This document shows positions 8,692 to 18,710 of a DNA stretch of 64,000 bases, piece after piece. Below the pieces are notes generated by a model. It had not been told where the DNA came from, did not search any database, and worked only from the letters and a program-made list of their open reading frames with translations. The translations under genes and the position numbers were made by a program. Each line of letters starts with the position of its first letter. Within the stretch, counting starts at the first letter, position 1. This stretch comes from Deltaproteobacteria bacterium (lineage in GTDB: Bacteria > DRYD01). The DNA lies in assembly GCA_028276365.1 (NCBI GenBank), contig JAPYWL010000002.1:28170-92169 (forward strand), written 5' to 3'.

Positions 8692-9921
8692 TTAAACAGT
8701 TAATTCCATTAAATAATCCAAGTAATTTTCATATTTGTTATCATTAAATAAGATTTTAAATTCATCAAAAGATAATAATTTTCTCTTAAATTGGCAAACA
8801 TATCTACATAATTGCAATAATTTCTCTAAAGTTTGTAAGTAATCCTTATTATTTAATTTTTTTAAATTTAGTAAGAAGTTATAATAAATAAATTCAAAGC
8901 CTATGTAATTTTTTTTATGTTTAAATATCTCAATAAGGATTTTTTTATTATCTCTTTTATTCCAAAGTTCAATTAATTTTTTAGCTTTTTGATAAATATT
9001 TTCACCTAATATGTAATTTAACAAACTTTGAACAATTTCATTGTTAATTAAAGACATCATTATTAAAATGGAAACTGCTTTACTTTTTTCATAAATCTCT
9101 AAATCATATTCTTTTTTTAATAATTCCTTATAAAAATTAAAAGTCAAATCCAAAATCTTAACAGATTCTACTAAATCATCATTAGGTTCTAAATTAAATA
9201 ATCTACTAATTCCAAATAACCTAAAATCTAATAAAGCATTAAAAACAAATTCCAACTCAAATATCTTAAATAATTCTTGTTTCACTCTTACATGATTTAA
9301 GGAAAGAAGAGAGGAAATATTCTCTTGAATGTATTTTAAGGTATTATCTTCTATATTTAAGTTATATTTATTTTTAAATCTTATAGCTCTTAAAATTCTA
9401 ATTGGATCTTCTGTTAAGCTCTCTAATCTATAAGTTCTTAAAATCTTATTTTCTATATCTTTTAGCGAATCTGTTAAATCTATTAATTTTTTTTCAAAAA
9501 CATTAAAATATAAACTATTAATAGTAAAATCTCTTCTTATAGCATCTTGAAAAAGATCAGTAGTATATGTAGTGTCAATAACAACCTTAGGCTCACAATC
9601 TATTACTATCCTATATATATGCCTATTGGTATCTAACTCAATTAATTTATAATTATACCCTTTATAACAATCAGTACATATTTTTAAAATAGCTTCCTTA
9701 TAAACTGAAATATCATTGTTTTTTAATAAAAAAACTATATCTAATTCATTATCTGTTTTATTTTCAAAAATAAGATTCCTTATAAATCCGCCCACCAAAT
9801 ATAACTCATAATCCAATTTATTACATTCTCTACAAAAAAGTTTATCTAATTTATAAAAACTTACAACTTCGGTTAACTTTTTTTCAATTTCCCAAATATT
9901 ACTAATCATATATTTTTCCAA
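8692..9921 (-). CDS. tRNA nucleotidyltransferase (CCA-adding)/poly(A) polymerase family protein
   Basis: Head-domain motifs LYLVGGFIRNLI...DIVF and RDFTINSLYFN. Confidence 0.7.
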   Translation of the reverse strand: MEKYMISNIWEIEKKLTEVVSFYKLDKLFCRECNKLDYELYLVGGFIRNLIFENKTDNELDIVFLLKNNDISVYKEAILKICTDCYKGYNYKLIELDTNRHIYRIVIDCEPKVVIDTTYTTDLFQDAIRRDFTINSLYFNVFEKKLIDLTDSLKDIENKILRTYRLESLTEDPIRILRAIRFKNKYNLNIEDNTLKYIQENISSLLSLNHVRVKQELFKIFELEFVFNALLDFRLFGISRLFNLEPNDDLVESVKILDLTFNFYKELLKKEYDLEIYEKSKAVSILIMMSLINNEIVQSLLNYILGENIYQKAKKLIELWNKRDNKKILIEIFKHKKNYIGFEFIYYNFLLNLKKLNNKDYLQTLEKLLQLCRYVCQFKRKLLSFDEFKILFNDNKYENYLDYLMELTV

Positions 9922-10068
9922 TTTTTTAGTATATTCTTTTATTATATTATCTTTTTACTAAAAAAAATCCTTTCTAATTTTTATTTTATTCTTCTTTCCT
10001 AAAAATTACCGTTAAATAATTATGATTAAACAAAAGGTAATTGTAATATTTTAGTAAATAATATAAAT

Positions 10069-12177
10069 ATGGGAGTAGCAAACAGTATAAAATATAATAT
10101 AAAAAATTTATTAGAGCCAGAAAGTATAGCTATAATTGGTGTTTCAAGTAACAAAGAACACATAAGCTATTCATTTTTAGAAAATTTAATAAACTCTAAT
10201 TATGAAGGGGTAATATATCCTGTTAATCCCAAACTAAAAGCAATAAAAGGGCTAAAAGTATATAATGATATTACTCAAATTCCGTTAGTAGATTTAGCAG
10301 TAGTAATCTTAAAACCTAACATAGCGTTAGAAGTAATAGAAAAAGGGGCAATTAAAGGAATTAAAAACTTTATTGTACTTAGTAGTGGATTTGCTGAAAT
10401 AGAAGAAGGCGAAATCTATCAAAATCAATTACAAGAATTAAGTAATAAATATAATTTAACTATTTTAGGTCCTAACTGTGTAGGAGTTATAAACACATAT
10501 TATAATCTAAACGCTTCATTTGCTACTAAATATCTACCAAAACAAGGACATATTTCCATAATCTCACAAAGCGGAGGATTTACTATAGGTGTAGTTAAAT
10601 TCTTAAATAGAAGGAACTTAGGAATAAGTAAATTAATTAGCGTAGGGAATAAAGCAGTTTTACAAGAAAGCCATTTCTTAGAATATCTATATAATGACGA
10701 AAAAACAAAAGCTATTATCCTATATTTTGAAGATATAAAAAACATTGACGAATTTGAACAAATATCCTTAAAATTATTAGAAATAAATAAGCCAATTGTA
10801 GTTTTTAAAGGTGGTATAACTCCTAAAGGTCAAATAGCATCATCCTCTCATACCGCAGCATTAGCAGGACATAATGAAATATTTGATTCACTCATAAATA
10901 AACTTAACCTAATAAAAGCAGATACTATAAAAGATCTTTACAATATAACTTTATTACTTTCTAAAAATTTTGAATTATTTAAAGATAAGAAATCAAAAAG
11001 AGTATTAATAATAACAAATTGTGGCGGCTGTGGAGTAATAACTACTGATATGGCAGTAAAAAATAATTTAGAAGTTAATTCTATTTCCGAATCCTTTAAG
11101 AATGAATTATTAACAATATTACCAAAAGCTGCAGGACTAAATAACCCTATAGATATAGTAGGCGATGCCGATGATATACGATTTAAACAAACCCTACAAA
11201 TTACTTTAAATCATAAAGAAGAATATGATATTTTATTAGTAGTTCCTGCTCAACAATCAACAATAAATATAGAAAAAGTTAGTAACTCCATAGCTTCCTT
11301 AGAACCTGAATTTACCAAAAGTAATATTCCAATTGTATGCTGCATGTATTCCTTAAATACTTTATCAAAAGAATTTGAAAAAATAAATCAAACAAATATA
11401 CCCATATATGAATATCCCGAAGATGCTACCTATGCTATTTCTAAAATAATAGAATATAATCTTAATAGGCAAAAACTATTAAAGAATAAAAATCTACCTT
11501 TAATAGAAATTGATATCGATTATAGTTTAATACAAAAAATTATTTTAGATAATAAAAATGAGTTTTTACCTTTAAGCGAATGTATCAAAATCCTAAAAAT
11601 TTTAGACTTAAATACTCCTAAATACAAGATAATAGATAATATTCAAGATTTAGAAAATATTAATTTAGAATATCCATTAGTAATGAAATCCTTATCTTCT
11701 GAAATAATTCACAAAACAGAAAAACAAGCAATTATTTTAAATATAAAAAATTATCAAGAATTACTAAATAGCTATAATAAATTAAAAGAACTATATCCTT
11801 CTGTTTTAATCCAAGAAATGATAATAGAAAAAGATTTAGAATTAATAATAGGTTATAAAAAAGACAAAATCTTAAATAAGGGGTTTATTTTATTAGGATT
11901 AGGCGGAATATTTACAGAAATATTTAAGAAATTTGAAACAATTTTAGTTCCTTTAAATGAAGAAGATATTATAAATGCTCTAAACAAACTCAATCTAATT
12001 AAAATCTTCCAAAATTATAGAAATAAAAATTACAACCTACAAAATATAATAGATATAGTATTAAAGATAAATGAATTAGTTATAAAAATTGATAAAATAG
12101 AAGAAATTGATTTAAATCCTGTTATAATAAATAATAAAGGGGCTTTTGTAGTTGATATAAGATTAAAAAAAAATTAG
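10069..12177 (+). CDS. acetyl-CoA synthetase (ADP-forming), fused alpha/beta type (CoA-binding + succinyl-CoA-synthetase-like + ATP-grasp)
   Basis: N-terminal CoA-binding ...IAIIGVSSNKEHISY...YPVNPK...; 702 aa with no GNAT domain, which argues against a Pat acetyltransferase. Confidence 0.65.
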   Translation: MGVANSIKYNIKNLLEPESIAIIGVSSNKEHISYSFLENLINSNYEGVIYPVNPKLKAIKGLKVYNDITQIPLVDLAVVILKPNIALEVIEKGAIKGIKNFIVLSSGFAEIEEGEIYQNQLQELSNKYNLTILGPNCVGVINTYYNLNASFATKYLPKQGHISIISQSGGFTIGVVKFLNRRNLGISKLISVGNKAVLQESHFLEYLYNDEKTKAIILYFEDIKNIDEFEQISLKLLEINKPIVVFKGGITPKGQIASSSHTAALAGHNEIFDSLINKLNLIKADTIKDLYNITLLLSKNFELFKDKKSKRVLIITNCGGCGVITTDMAVKNNLEVNSISESFKNELLTILPKAAGLNNPIDIVGDADDIRFKQTLQITLNHKEEYDILLVVPAQQSTINIEKVSNSIASLEPEFTKSNIPIVCCMYSLNTLSKEFEKINQTNIPIYEYPEDATYAISKIIEYNLNRQKLLKNKNLPLIEIDIDYSLIQKIILDNKNEFLPLSECIKILKILDLNTPKYKIIDNIQDLENINLEYPLVMKSLSSEIIHKTEKQAIILNIKNYQELLNSYNKLKELYPSVLIQEMIIEKDLELIIGYKKDKILNKGFILLGLGGIFTEIFKKFETILVPLNEEDIINALNKLNLIKIFQNYRNKNYNLQNIIDIVLKINELVIKIDKIEEIDLNPVIINNKGAFVVDIRLKKN

Positions 12178-12221
12178 TTAAAAATTTAATTTTTTAAATA
12201 AAGCAAAAATAAATTAAAAAG

Positions 12222-13460
12222 GTGGGAAAAATGGATATTATAACACAAGAAATAACAAAAAAAGAAATAAAAAATAATGAAATAACAAAAGAAGAAATAA
12301 ATAATTTACTTGAGGCTATAGAATCTAATTTAGATTATGTAAAAAAGGATGCTGTAATAGCAGTAGGATTAAGTGGTGGCGTAGATTCTTCTACCACTTT
12401 ATTATTACTAAAACTATTAAACTTTAAAGTAATTGGTTTAACAATGAAAATCTGGGATGAAAAATATAATGAGCTATTTAAATTCAATAAAATAGAAAAT
12501 AAAATTCATGGATGCTTTGGACCCGAAGAATTTGAAGATATCCAAGATTGTATTAAACTAACTAAACAATTAAATGTAGATTATCATATTATTGATTTAA
12601 CTAAGGAATATGAAAAAATAATTCTAAATTATTTTAAAGAAGAATATCTAAGTGGGAGAACTCCTAATCCCTGTGTAATGTGTAACTGGAAAATGAAATT
12701 CGAATATCTACTAGAAAAAGCAATTAATAGTAATATAAAATTTGATTACTTTTCTACAGGGCATTATGTAAAAAAAATAAGATTTAAAAATTCATTTACT
12801 CTACAAAAAGCTAATTACCTTAAAAAAGATCAAACCTATTATCTTTCTTTTTTAAATCAAAAACACTTAGAAAAATCAATATTCCCTTTAGGCTTAGTAC
12901 AATCAAAAGAACAAGTTAGATTAATCGCTAAATATTATAATCTACCAACTTATAACAAAATAGATAGCCAAAACTTTATATCTACTAACTATATAGAGAT
13001 TTTTAAAAACGAGCAAATAAAAGATGGAATAATTGTAGATAAATACAACAATATTTTAGGAGAACATAAAGGAATACATAACTACACTATAGGACAACGA
13101 AAACATATTGGAATCTCATCAAATAAAAGATTATATGTAATATCAATTGATAAAGAGAGAAATCTAATAATAGTAGGAGAAAAAGAGGATCTATATCAAC
13201 AAAAGTTTATAGTTAAAAACCTAAACTGGATCATAAATCTAAACGAAATAAAAGAATTAAATGAAAAAGGGGAAATATTAGTAAAAATAAGATATACTCA
13301 TAAAGAATCTCCTGCTAAACTATATTTTATTGATAATGACAAAATTTTAGTAGAATTTAAAGAAAAGCAATTAGCAATTACACCAGGGCAAATCTCAGCA
13401 TTCTATTATAATGATATCCTCTTAGGTGCAGGAATAATCGATAAAATCATTTTTAATTGA
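12222..13460 (+). CDS. mnmA: tRNA-specific 2-thiouridylase MnmA
   Basis: PP-loop VGLSGGVDSS, conserved ...GRTPNPCVMCN... and C-terminal TP/beta-barrel region; N-terminal ~35-aa K/E-rich extension. Confidence 0.8.
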   Translation: MGKMDIITQEITKKEIKNNEITKEEINNLLEAIESNLDYVKKDAVIAVGLSGGVDSSTTLLLLKLLNFKVIGLTMKIWDEKYNELFKFNKIENKIHGCFGPEEFEDIQDCIKLTKQLNVDYHIIDLTKEYEKIILNYFKEEYLSGRTPNPCVMCNWKMKFEYLLEKAINSNIKFDYFSTGHYVKKIRFKNSFTLQKANYLKKDQTYYLSFLNQKHLEKSIFPLGLVQSKEQVRLIAKYYNLPTYNKIDSQNFISTNYIEIFKNEQIKDGIIVDKYNNILGEHKGIHNYTIGQRKHIGISSNKRLYVISIDKERNLIIVGEKEDLYQQKFIVKNLNWIINLNEIKELNEKGEILVKIRYTHKESPAKLYFIDNDKILVEFKEKQLAITPGQISAFYYNDILLGAGIIDKIIFN

Positions 13461-13491
13461 TAAATCTTCAATTTAGCCAAATTCTTAATTA

Positions 13492-14703
13492 TTATATTTC
13501 TTTAACAAAATCCCCAATAACTTTAAGAAATTTCTCAATATAATTAGAATTTAAATAAATATTGTTTTTAGGTAAAAAATTATTATCAATAACTAAATGA
13601 TTATTAAAAACATTAATGACTTTAAGCCAATGTTTAGAAGAATTATTAAAACTACTTTTAAAAATAGGATCAATTAAAAATAAATTGGCTACAACCGGAA
13701 ATAGCCTACTAACAAAAACTCCATTATCAAATAATTTTTTTAGTAACCTATCTCTATTAAAATTAACTCTTATATTAAATCTCCAAGAAAATAAATTATT
13801 ATCTATTAATTCAAGATATATATTTGAACTATTTAATTCTTTAGCTAACTCTTTTAAATTTGAATAGTAATATAAATTTACATTTCTTTTCAAATTTAGT
13901 AAAGAAAAATAAGAAATATTAAACCCATTTCTTAATTTTATTTCAAAATCAACATTATTTAATATCTTATTTATTAAATTATCTAATTCTAAAGCAGTGG
14001 ATAAATCTAATTCTGAATTATAACAATAAAAAACATTCTTATTATTTAAAATTTTATTTAAAACTTTAACTTTATATTGTTTATCTTGAGAATAAAAAAT
14101 ATTACTACCTTTAAAGATTTTATCTACCTTATTAATTAACTTAGGAATATTATCTTTATTTATTCGTAGTTTTAAATTAGTATCTAATTTAAAGGAACTA
14201 ATTAATAAGCTACCGTATCCTAATTCTAATTGTTTAGCATAAGAAAAACTAAATACAAAAAAATCTTGTTTAAATAAATCTGAATTATCTAAAATAAAAT
14301 TAATAACTTCTTTAGTAATCATAACTAAAGCCATGTCCCATAAAATTAATACTAATTTATTATCCTGTCTTATAGATTTATTTATTTTATTTATCTCCTT
14401 TTTTAAAGTTAATATTTTTTTAGATTCAAAATTACCATAAGGGATAACTATAATTACTAAAATTAAAGAATCTTTAGGATAAAAAGATATAATATCTCCT
14501 AAATCTAAGGGATAAAGAGTATTATAATCTATATCATAAAAAGAAATTTTAAAATTAGAATATAAAGATGCTAAAGGGAAAGTATAACATATATTAGCAG
14601 GAAAAGAAATAAACATATTTTTAAAATCTTTAAAAATATTTTGTAAATTTAATAGAATTTTTAATAATGAATTAGAAGCCCTGGGTAAATAATAAATATC
14701 CAT
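13492..14703 (-). CDS. divergent DegT/DnrJ/EryC1-like PLP aminotransferase homolog (N-terminally shortened)
   Basis: ISFPANICYTFPLASLYSNFKISFYDID...VIPYGNF...SFSYAKQLELGYGSLLISS aligns positionally with DegT VITPSFTFVATANAV...VFVDID...SFHxxKxLxxGEGG; weak. Confidence 0.4.
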   Translation of the reverse strand: MDIYYLPRASNSLLKILLNLQNIFKDFKNMFISFPANICYTFPLASLYSNFKISFYDIDYNTLYPLDLGDIISFYPKDSLILVIIVIPYGNFESKKILTLKKEINKINKSIRQDNKLVLILWDMALVMITKEVINFILDNSDLFKQDFFVFSFSYAKQLELGYGSLLISSFKLDTNLKLRINKDNIPKLINKVDKIFKGSNIFYSQDKQYKVKVLNKILNNKNVFYCYNSELDLSTALELDNLINKILNNVDFEIKLRNGFNISYFSLLNLKRNVNLYYYSNLKELAKELNSSNIYLELIDNNLFSWRFNIRVNFNRDRLLKKLFDNGVFVSRLFPVVANLFLIDPIFKSSFNNSSKHWLKVINVFNNHLVIDNNFLPKNNIYLNSNYIEKFLKVIGDFVKEI

Positions 14704-14839
14704 AATTAAAATTTTTATTGATTTTTTTTAAAACCTCTTTAGTTAACATAAATTTTACATTTTTTTTAAAAATCTTTAAAGGATTTTTACATAAAAATAA
14801 ATAATTATAAAATAGCTTATGGCTTAATGAGGAATAAAT

Positions 14840-16297
14840 ATGGAAATAAAAAATAATACAAATGCCTTAAATGTAAATAATAAAATAGAAAACTTAAATA
14901 ATAAAAATGAAATTTTATCAAATTTTATAAATTCCCAAAACAGTGAAATATTAAAAATTTTAGACCAAATAGATTTAACTAAAATAAATGAAAATCTAAA
15001 AAATTTAGCAAATACGATAAAGGAAAAAATAAATAAAGAGCTAAAAGAATTTAAAAACACTCCTGTATCAAAAGAGTTAAATCCTTCATTATTAAGAGGT
15101 TTAATTTCAAGTGGAATACTAAGCAGTATTTTTCTTTTAGGTAATCCCTTTTTAGCTTTGGTACCGTTATTATCCACAGCAATATCATATAAAATCGGTG
15201 AGAAAATTGAAAATCCATTATATTCATTAATATCATCTTTTACTCTACCACTTGCTATAAACTCACTTATCTTATTATCAAACTCTATAAATCCCATAAA
15301 TTCTATTTCATTATTATTAACCTCATCCATCATATCTACAGTAGGATTATTAAACTCAACTACCTCCAAAGAGGTAAATGATATAAAAAACTTTTCAATG
15401 CAAACTTTACCTATTAATTATCTTTTAGGTATTCCATTAACAGTAAATTTAGTATCAAACTTTTCTTCAAGTTTAAGTAGTATATTTGAGATGGATGAAA
15501 ATAAAAAAATAATATTTTCAACATTACTAAATATAGGATTATCATCGTTATTAGCTTTACCTTTTGGTATTACTAATTTTGCTATATTTAGTGCTTTAAG
15601 TTCTTTATATTCGATTATCAATTTAAAAGCTGCTTCCAAAATTGAAAATTTACTAAATAAATCACAAAATTACTTATCAAATAAAATATCTAATTTCTTA
15701 AAAGATAAACTAAGTTTTTTAAGAAAATTACCAACAGCTTTAAGGTCTTTAATTGCAGGTTTAACAATAGGTGGATTAAGCTCATTATCTACTTCAATAT
15801 TAGCTGGATTACTAAATCCAATTTTAGGGCCATTAAGCTTTGCTATCCCCTTAGCTACTTTCTTAATAACTACATTCTCCACTACTAAATCATTCTATAC
15901 AATGCTAAAAGCTAAAGAACAATCACTAAAAATTATAAATGATTTAGAATCATTAATAGAAAATAATCAAATTTCTAAAGCAGTCCAAACCTATAAAGAT
16001 CACTTGCTAAATAATAATTCAAAAATGGATTTATCAAAAGTATCAGATGAAGAATTAAAAATATCAATGTTCAATGAATTAATACAATATCATTTAGCTA
16101 AGATGATATATTATTATAATGATAAAAAACTAAGTGAAGCTATAAAAGAGTTTAAATATATCCAATTTTTACAATTACTCTTTAATACCAATGATATAAC
16201 CAAAGCTAAAGAAATAGCTGATAACCTTGATAAAGATCAAGCTCTTAAAGCTATTGAAAACTTTATTAATTCTTTAAATAATGCTAACCCCCATTAG
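14840..16297 (+). CDS. hypothetical multi-pass membrane protein with N-terminal coiled coil and soluble C-terminal domain
   Basis: RBS GAGGA 6 nt upstream; long hydrophobic central region (aa ~85-330); 485 aa; opposite-strand ORFs here are shorter and F/L-rich (antisense shadows). Confidence 0.5.
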   Translation: MEIKNNTNALNVNNKIENLNNKNEILSNFINSQNSEILKILDQIDLTKINENLKNLANTIKEKINKELKEFKNTPVSKELNPSLLRGLISSGILSSIFLLGNPFLALVPLLSTAISYKIGEKIENPLYSLISSFTLPLAINSLILLSNSINPINSISLLLTSSIISTVGLLNSTTSKEVNDIKNFSMQTLPINYLLGIPLTVNLVSNFSSSLSSIFEMDENKKIIFSTLLNIGLSSLLALPFGITNFAIFSALSSLYSIINLKAASKIENLLNKSQNYLSNKISNFLKDKLSFLRKLPTALRSLIAGLTIGGLSSLSTSILAGLLNPILGPLSFAIPLATFLITTFSTTKSFYTMLKAKEQSLKIINDLESLIENNQISKAVQTYKDHLLNNNSKMDLSKVSDEELKISMFNELIQYHLAKMIYYYNDKKLSEAIKEFKYIQFLQLLFNTNDITKAKEIADNLDKDQALKAIENFINSLNNANPH

Positions 16298-16340
16298 ATC
16301 AATTTCCCTAAATTTTTAAAAACCACAATGAATTTATAGT

Positions 16341-17858
16341 TTAGTAAATTTCAATATAATCAGAAGAAAATAAAGTAGCTTTTTTATTAAAATTAGGACC
16401 AATTATATAAGCTTTAGTATCTATTAAAAGAGGTAAAATATAAAAAGTATTAATTAATTCTTTTTGTAATTCAATTAAATATTGTTTTTGATTATAAGAA
16501 TAACCTTGCATTATTTTATCAACTAAGTCATCATCTACATTAACTTTATAAAAATTATAAATACCTTTACTATTATAAATTTTTGAGTAATTAAAATAAG
16601 GCTTAAAATTTACTGAAATAATAACAAAATCATAATTACCTAAATTTACATAATTTTCTAATGAAAAATTCGAGCTTTCTTCAGATAAGTTAAATAAAAA
16701 AGGTTCAAAATTAAAATTATTCCTTAGAGTATCAGTTATCAAATTTGCAAGCATTTTTTCATTAAAACTCCTGTATATTATCACACCCTGTAACTTATTT
16801 TTAGATAATTTTAGCTCTTTACTTTTATTAATAATCTGATTAATAACTTTATCAGTATCATATAAAGCAAAATGATTATAAAGTAAGTAATAAGAATAAA
16901 GAGTATAATTAGAAGTTAGCTTATTTGATAAGTTTTTTCTTAAAAGGTAATAAACTACTTCTCGATCCTGAATATTTAACTTTGGATTAAACAAAATAAA
17001 AAATATGTTTTCATTAGGTAAAATCTTAACTTGAAAATCTTTAGGAATTTTGATTAGATTAACAACTTTAGGATCTAATTTAATCAAATCTAAACTAAAG
17101 ATCTCTTTATTTAAATCTTCATAATTTCTATAACTAATAAACTCAATTAATCTTTTATTTTTTTGATTATATATAGTAAAAGTGTTTTTATCACTATTTT
17201 TATTATTTTTAATATCTTTTAGCTGATAAAAGTCAGAATTTTTTAAATCAGAAGAATAGGGAGTCAAAAAATCAAAATTAACTTTATCTTTATAAACAAA
17301 ATCCAATATCTGCTGTTGATAATTAGAAAAATATTTACCTATTAAAATAACAGGGTAAGGGAAATATGGTAAAGAATAAGTATCATTATATTCAATTCTT
17401 AAAGAATCTCCAAAAATTATCATTCTATTTATACTAGAATTCTGCTTATATATCCATTTATTAGATAATAAATCCACAGAAAATAAAGAAGGAGTTTGTA
17501 ATATATCATTTAAACTAATTAAATTTATTTCTTTTTTAAAATCTCCTTTATTTATAACTATAACAGTTTTTATAGAATTTAAATCTTTAATATAATTCAT
17601 TTTTTGGTTATCTAAAGAAGGAATATTTTGTAAAACCTTAGATTTAGGTAAATAATTATTATCATAATAAAACAAAGATGGACAAATTAAATTAAAAATA
17701 TTTAAAGCTAAAAAATTAGGCTCATCTATGTAATTTAGATTTATATTATCACCTAATAAAGCTATCCTTAAATATGGTCTTACATTACAAGAACTAAAAA
17801 ATAAAAAAACTATTAAAAATAAGCTCAAAACTAAACTAAAATATATTATCTTTTTCAT
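16341..17858 (-). CDS. putative lipoprotein, solute-binding-protein family 5-like
   Basis: Signal + ...LFFSSC lipobox-like; ...RIALLGDNINLNYIDEPNFLALNIFNLICPSLFYYDNNYLP resembles SBP_bac_5 N-terminus. Confidence 0.45.
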   Translation of the reverse strand: MKKIIYFSLVLSLFLIVFLFFSSCNVRPYLRIALLGDNINLNYIDEPNFLALNIFNLICPSLFYYDNNYLPKSKVLQNIPSLDNQKMNYIKDLNSIKTVIVINKGDFKKEINLISLNDILQTPSLFSVDLLSNKWIYKQNSSINRMIIFGDSLRIEYNDTYSLPYFPYPVILIGKYFSNYQQQILDFVYKDKVNFDFLTPYSSDLKNSDFYQLKDIKNNKNSDKNTFTIYNQKNKRLIEFISYRNYEDLNKEIFSLDLIKLDPKVVNLIKIPKDFQVKILPNENIFFILFNPKLNIQDREVVYYLLRKNLSNKLTSNYTLYSYYLLYNHFALYDTDKVINQIINKSKELKLSKNKLQGVIIYRSFNEKMLANLITDTLRNNFNFEPFLFNLSEESSNFSLENYVNLGNYDFVIISVNFKPYFNYSKIYNSKGIYNFYKVNVDDDLVDKIMQGYSYNQKQYLIELQKELINTFYILPLLIDTKAYIIGPNFNKKATLFSSDYIEIY

Positions 17859-17886
17859 AAATAATTACAAAATAATTAATAAACTA

Positions 17887-18701
17887 TTAATCCCTAAATT
17901 CCTTATAATTCCCAATGTTTATCTTTATAATAAATAATTCCTGTAATATTTTAAAAATAAATTTAATAATTTTAAAAAAATTAAAAGTGGAAAATTTTTC
18001 AGTTTCTTTGTTAAATAAAGGATAAACATTTTCAATTTTAAAATTATTTAAAACTGCAAAAATCAATATTTCCAATTGAATTAAAGAAGTATTAGAAACA
18101 AAATTTTTATCTTTTATAAAATTAAAAAATTTATTATTAAATGCTTTAAAACCACCCACAAAATCGTCTATTTTATACAAAATCCTAAAAAAAAGAAACT
18201 TAGTAATATAAATTAATCCTTTATGTAAAATCTTTCTAAAAAAAGATACATTATAAGATTCTTTTAATTTAGTTCTATCAATATTTACTAAATCACAATA
18301 TCTTAATTTATTTATTGATTCATTAATAATAGACAAATCAAAAGGTAAATCAAAATCCATTATAAAAACTAAATTCTCTTTATTAATAAATTTTGGTTTA
18401 TCATAGATATTTTTTAATTTATTAAAAGCAAACCTAATAGCGTATCCAACTCCTCGATTTTCTAAATAACTAAAATAATAAATAAACCCCTTCTTTGAAT
18501 TTATATCTTTATAATACTCTCTTAAAAAAAACTTTAAATGATTTAATGTTTTATCTATACTACCATCATTAACAATAAAAATATAAAAAAAAAATCACTA
18601 TTTACATTACAAAAATTATTTAAATAATCAATTAACGTTGATAAAGAAGATTCAATTATATTTTCAGAATTATAAACAGGTAATATAAAAATTAAATTCA
18701 T
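17887..18701 (-). pseudogene. family-2 glycosyltransferase (DPM1/GtrB-like) interrupted by a frameshift at a poly(T)10 tract (plus A10 18585..18594)
   Basis: From ATG 18701: MNLIFILPVYNSENIIESSL...NSDFFF, then a stop. Shifting frame at the tract gives IFIVNDGSIDKT...GVGYAIRFAF...IFIMDFDLPFD, which continues into ORF 17887..18360. T11 or T8 would restore a ~270-aa GT2. Confidence 0.7.
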
Positions 18702-18710
18702 AAAATATCA

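Noticed and set aside
10500-10745. 81-aa minus-strand ORF inside the ADP-forming acetyl-CoA synthetase gene
   Set aside because: Fully nested antisense ORF with no RBS; the sense gene is conserved.
13616-13867. 83-aa plus-strand ORF inside the DegT-like gene
   Set aside because: Antisense shadow.
14824-15369. 181-aa minus-strand ORF overlapping the 485-aa plus-strand ORF (also 15051..15236, 15418..15639, 15670..15882)
   Set aside because: Second half is F/L/I-rich, typical of the antisense of N/K-rich coding sequence; the plus-strand ORF is longer and has an RBS; treated as shadow ORFs.
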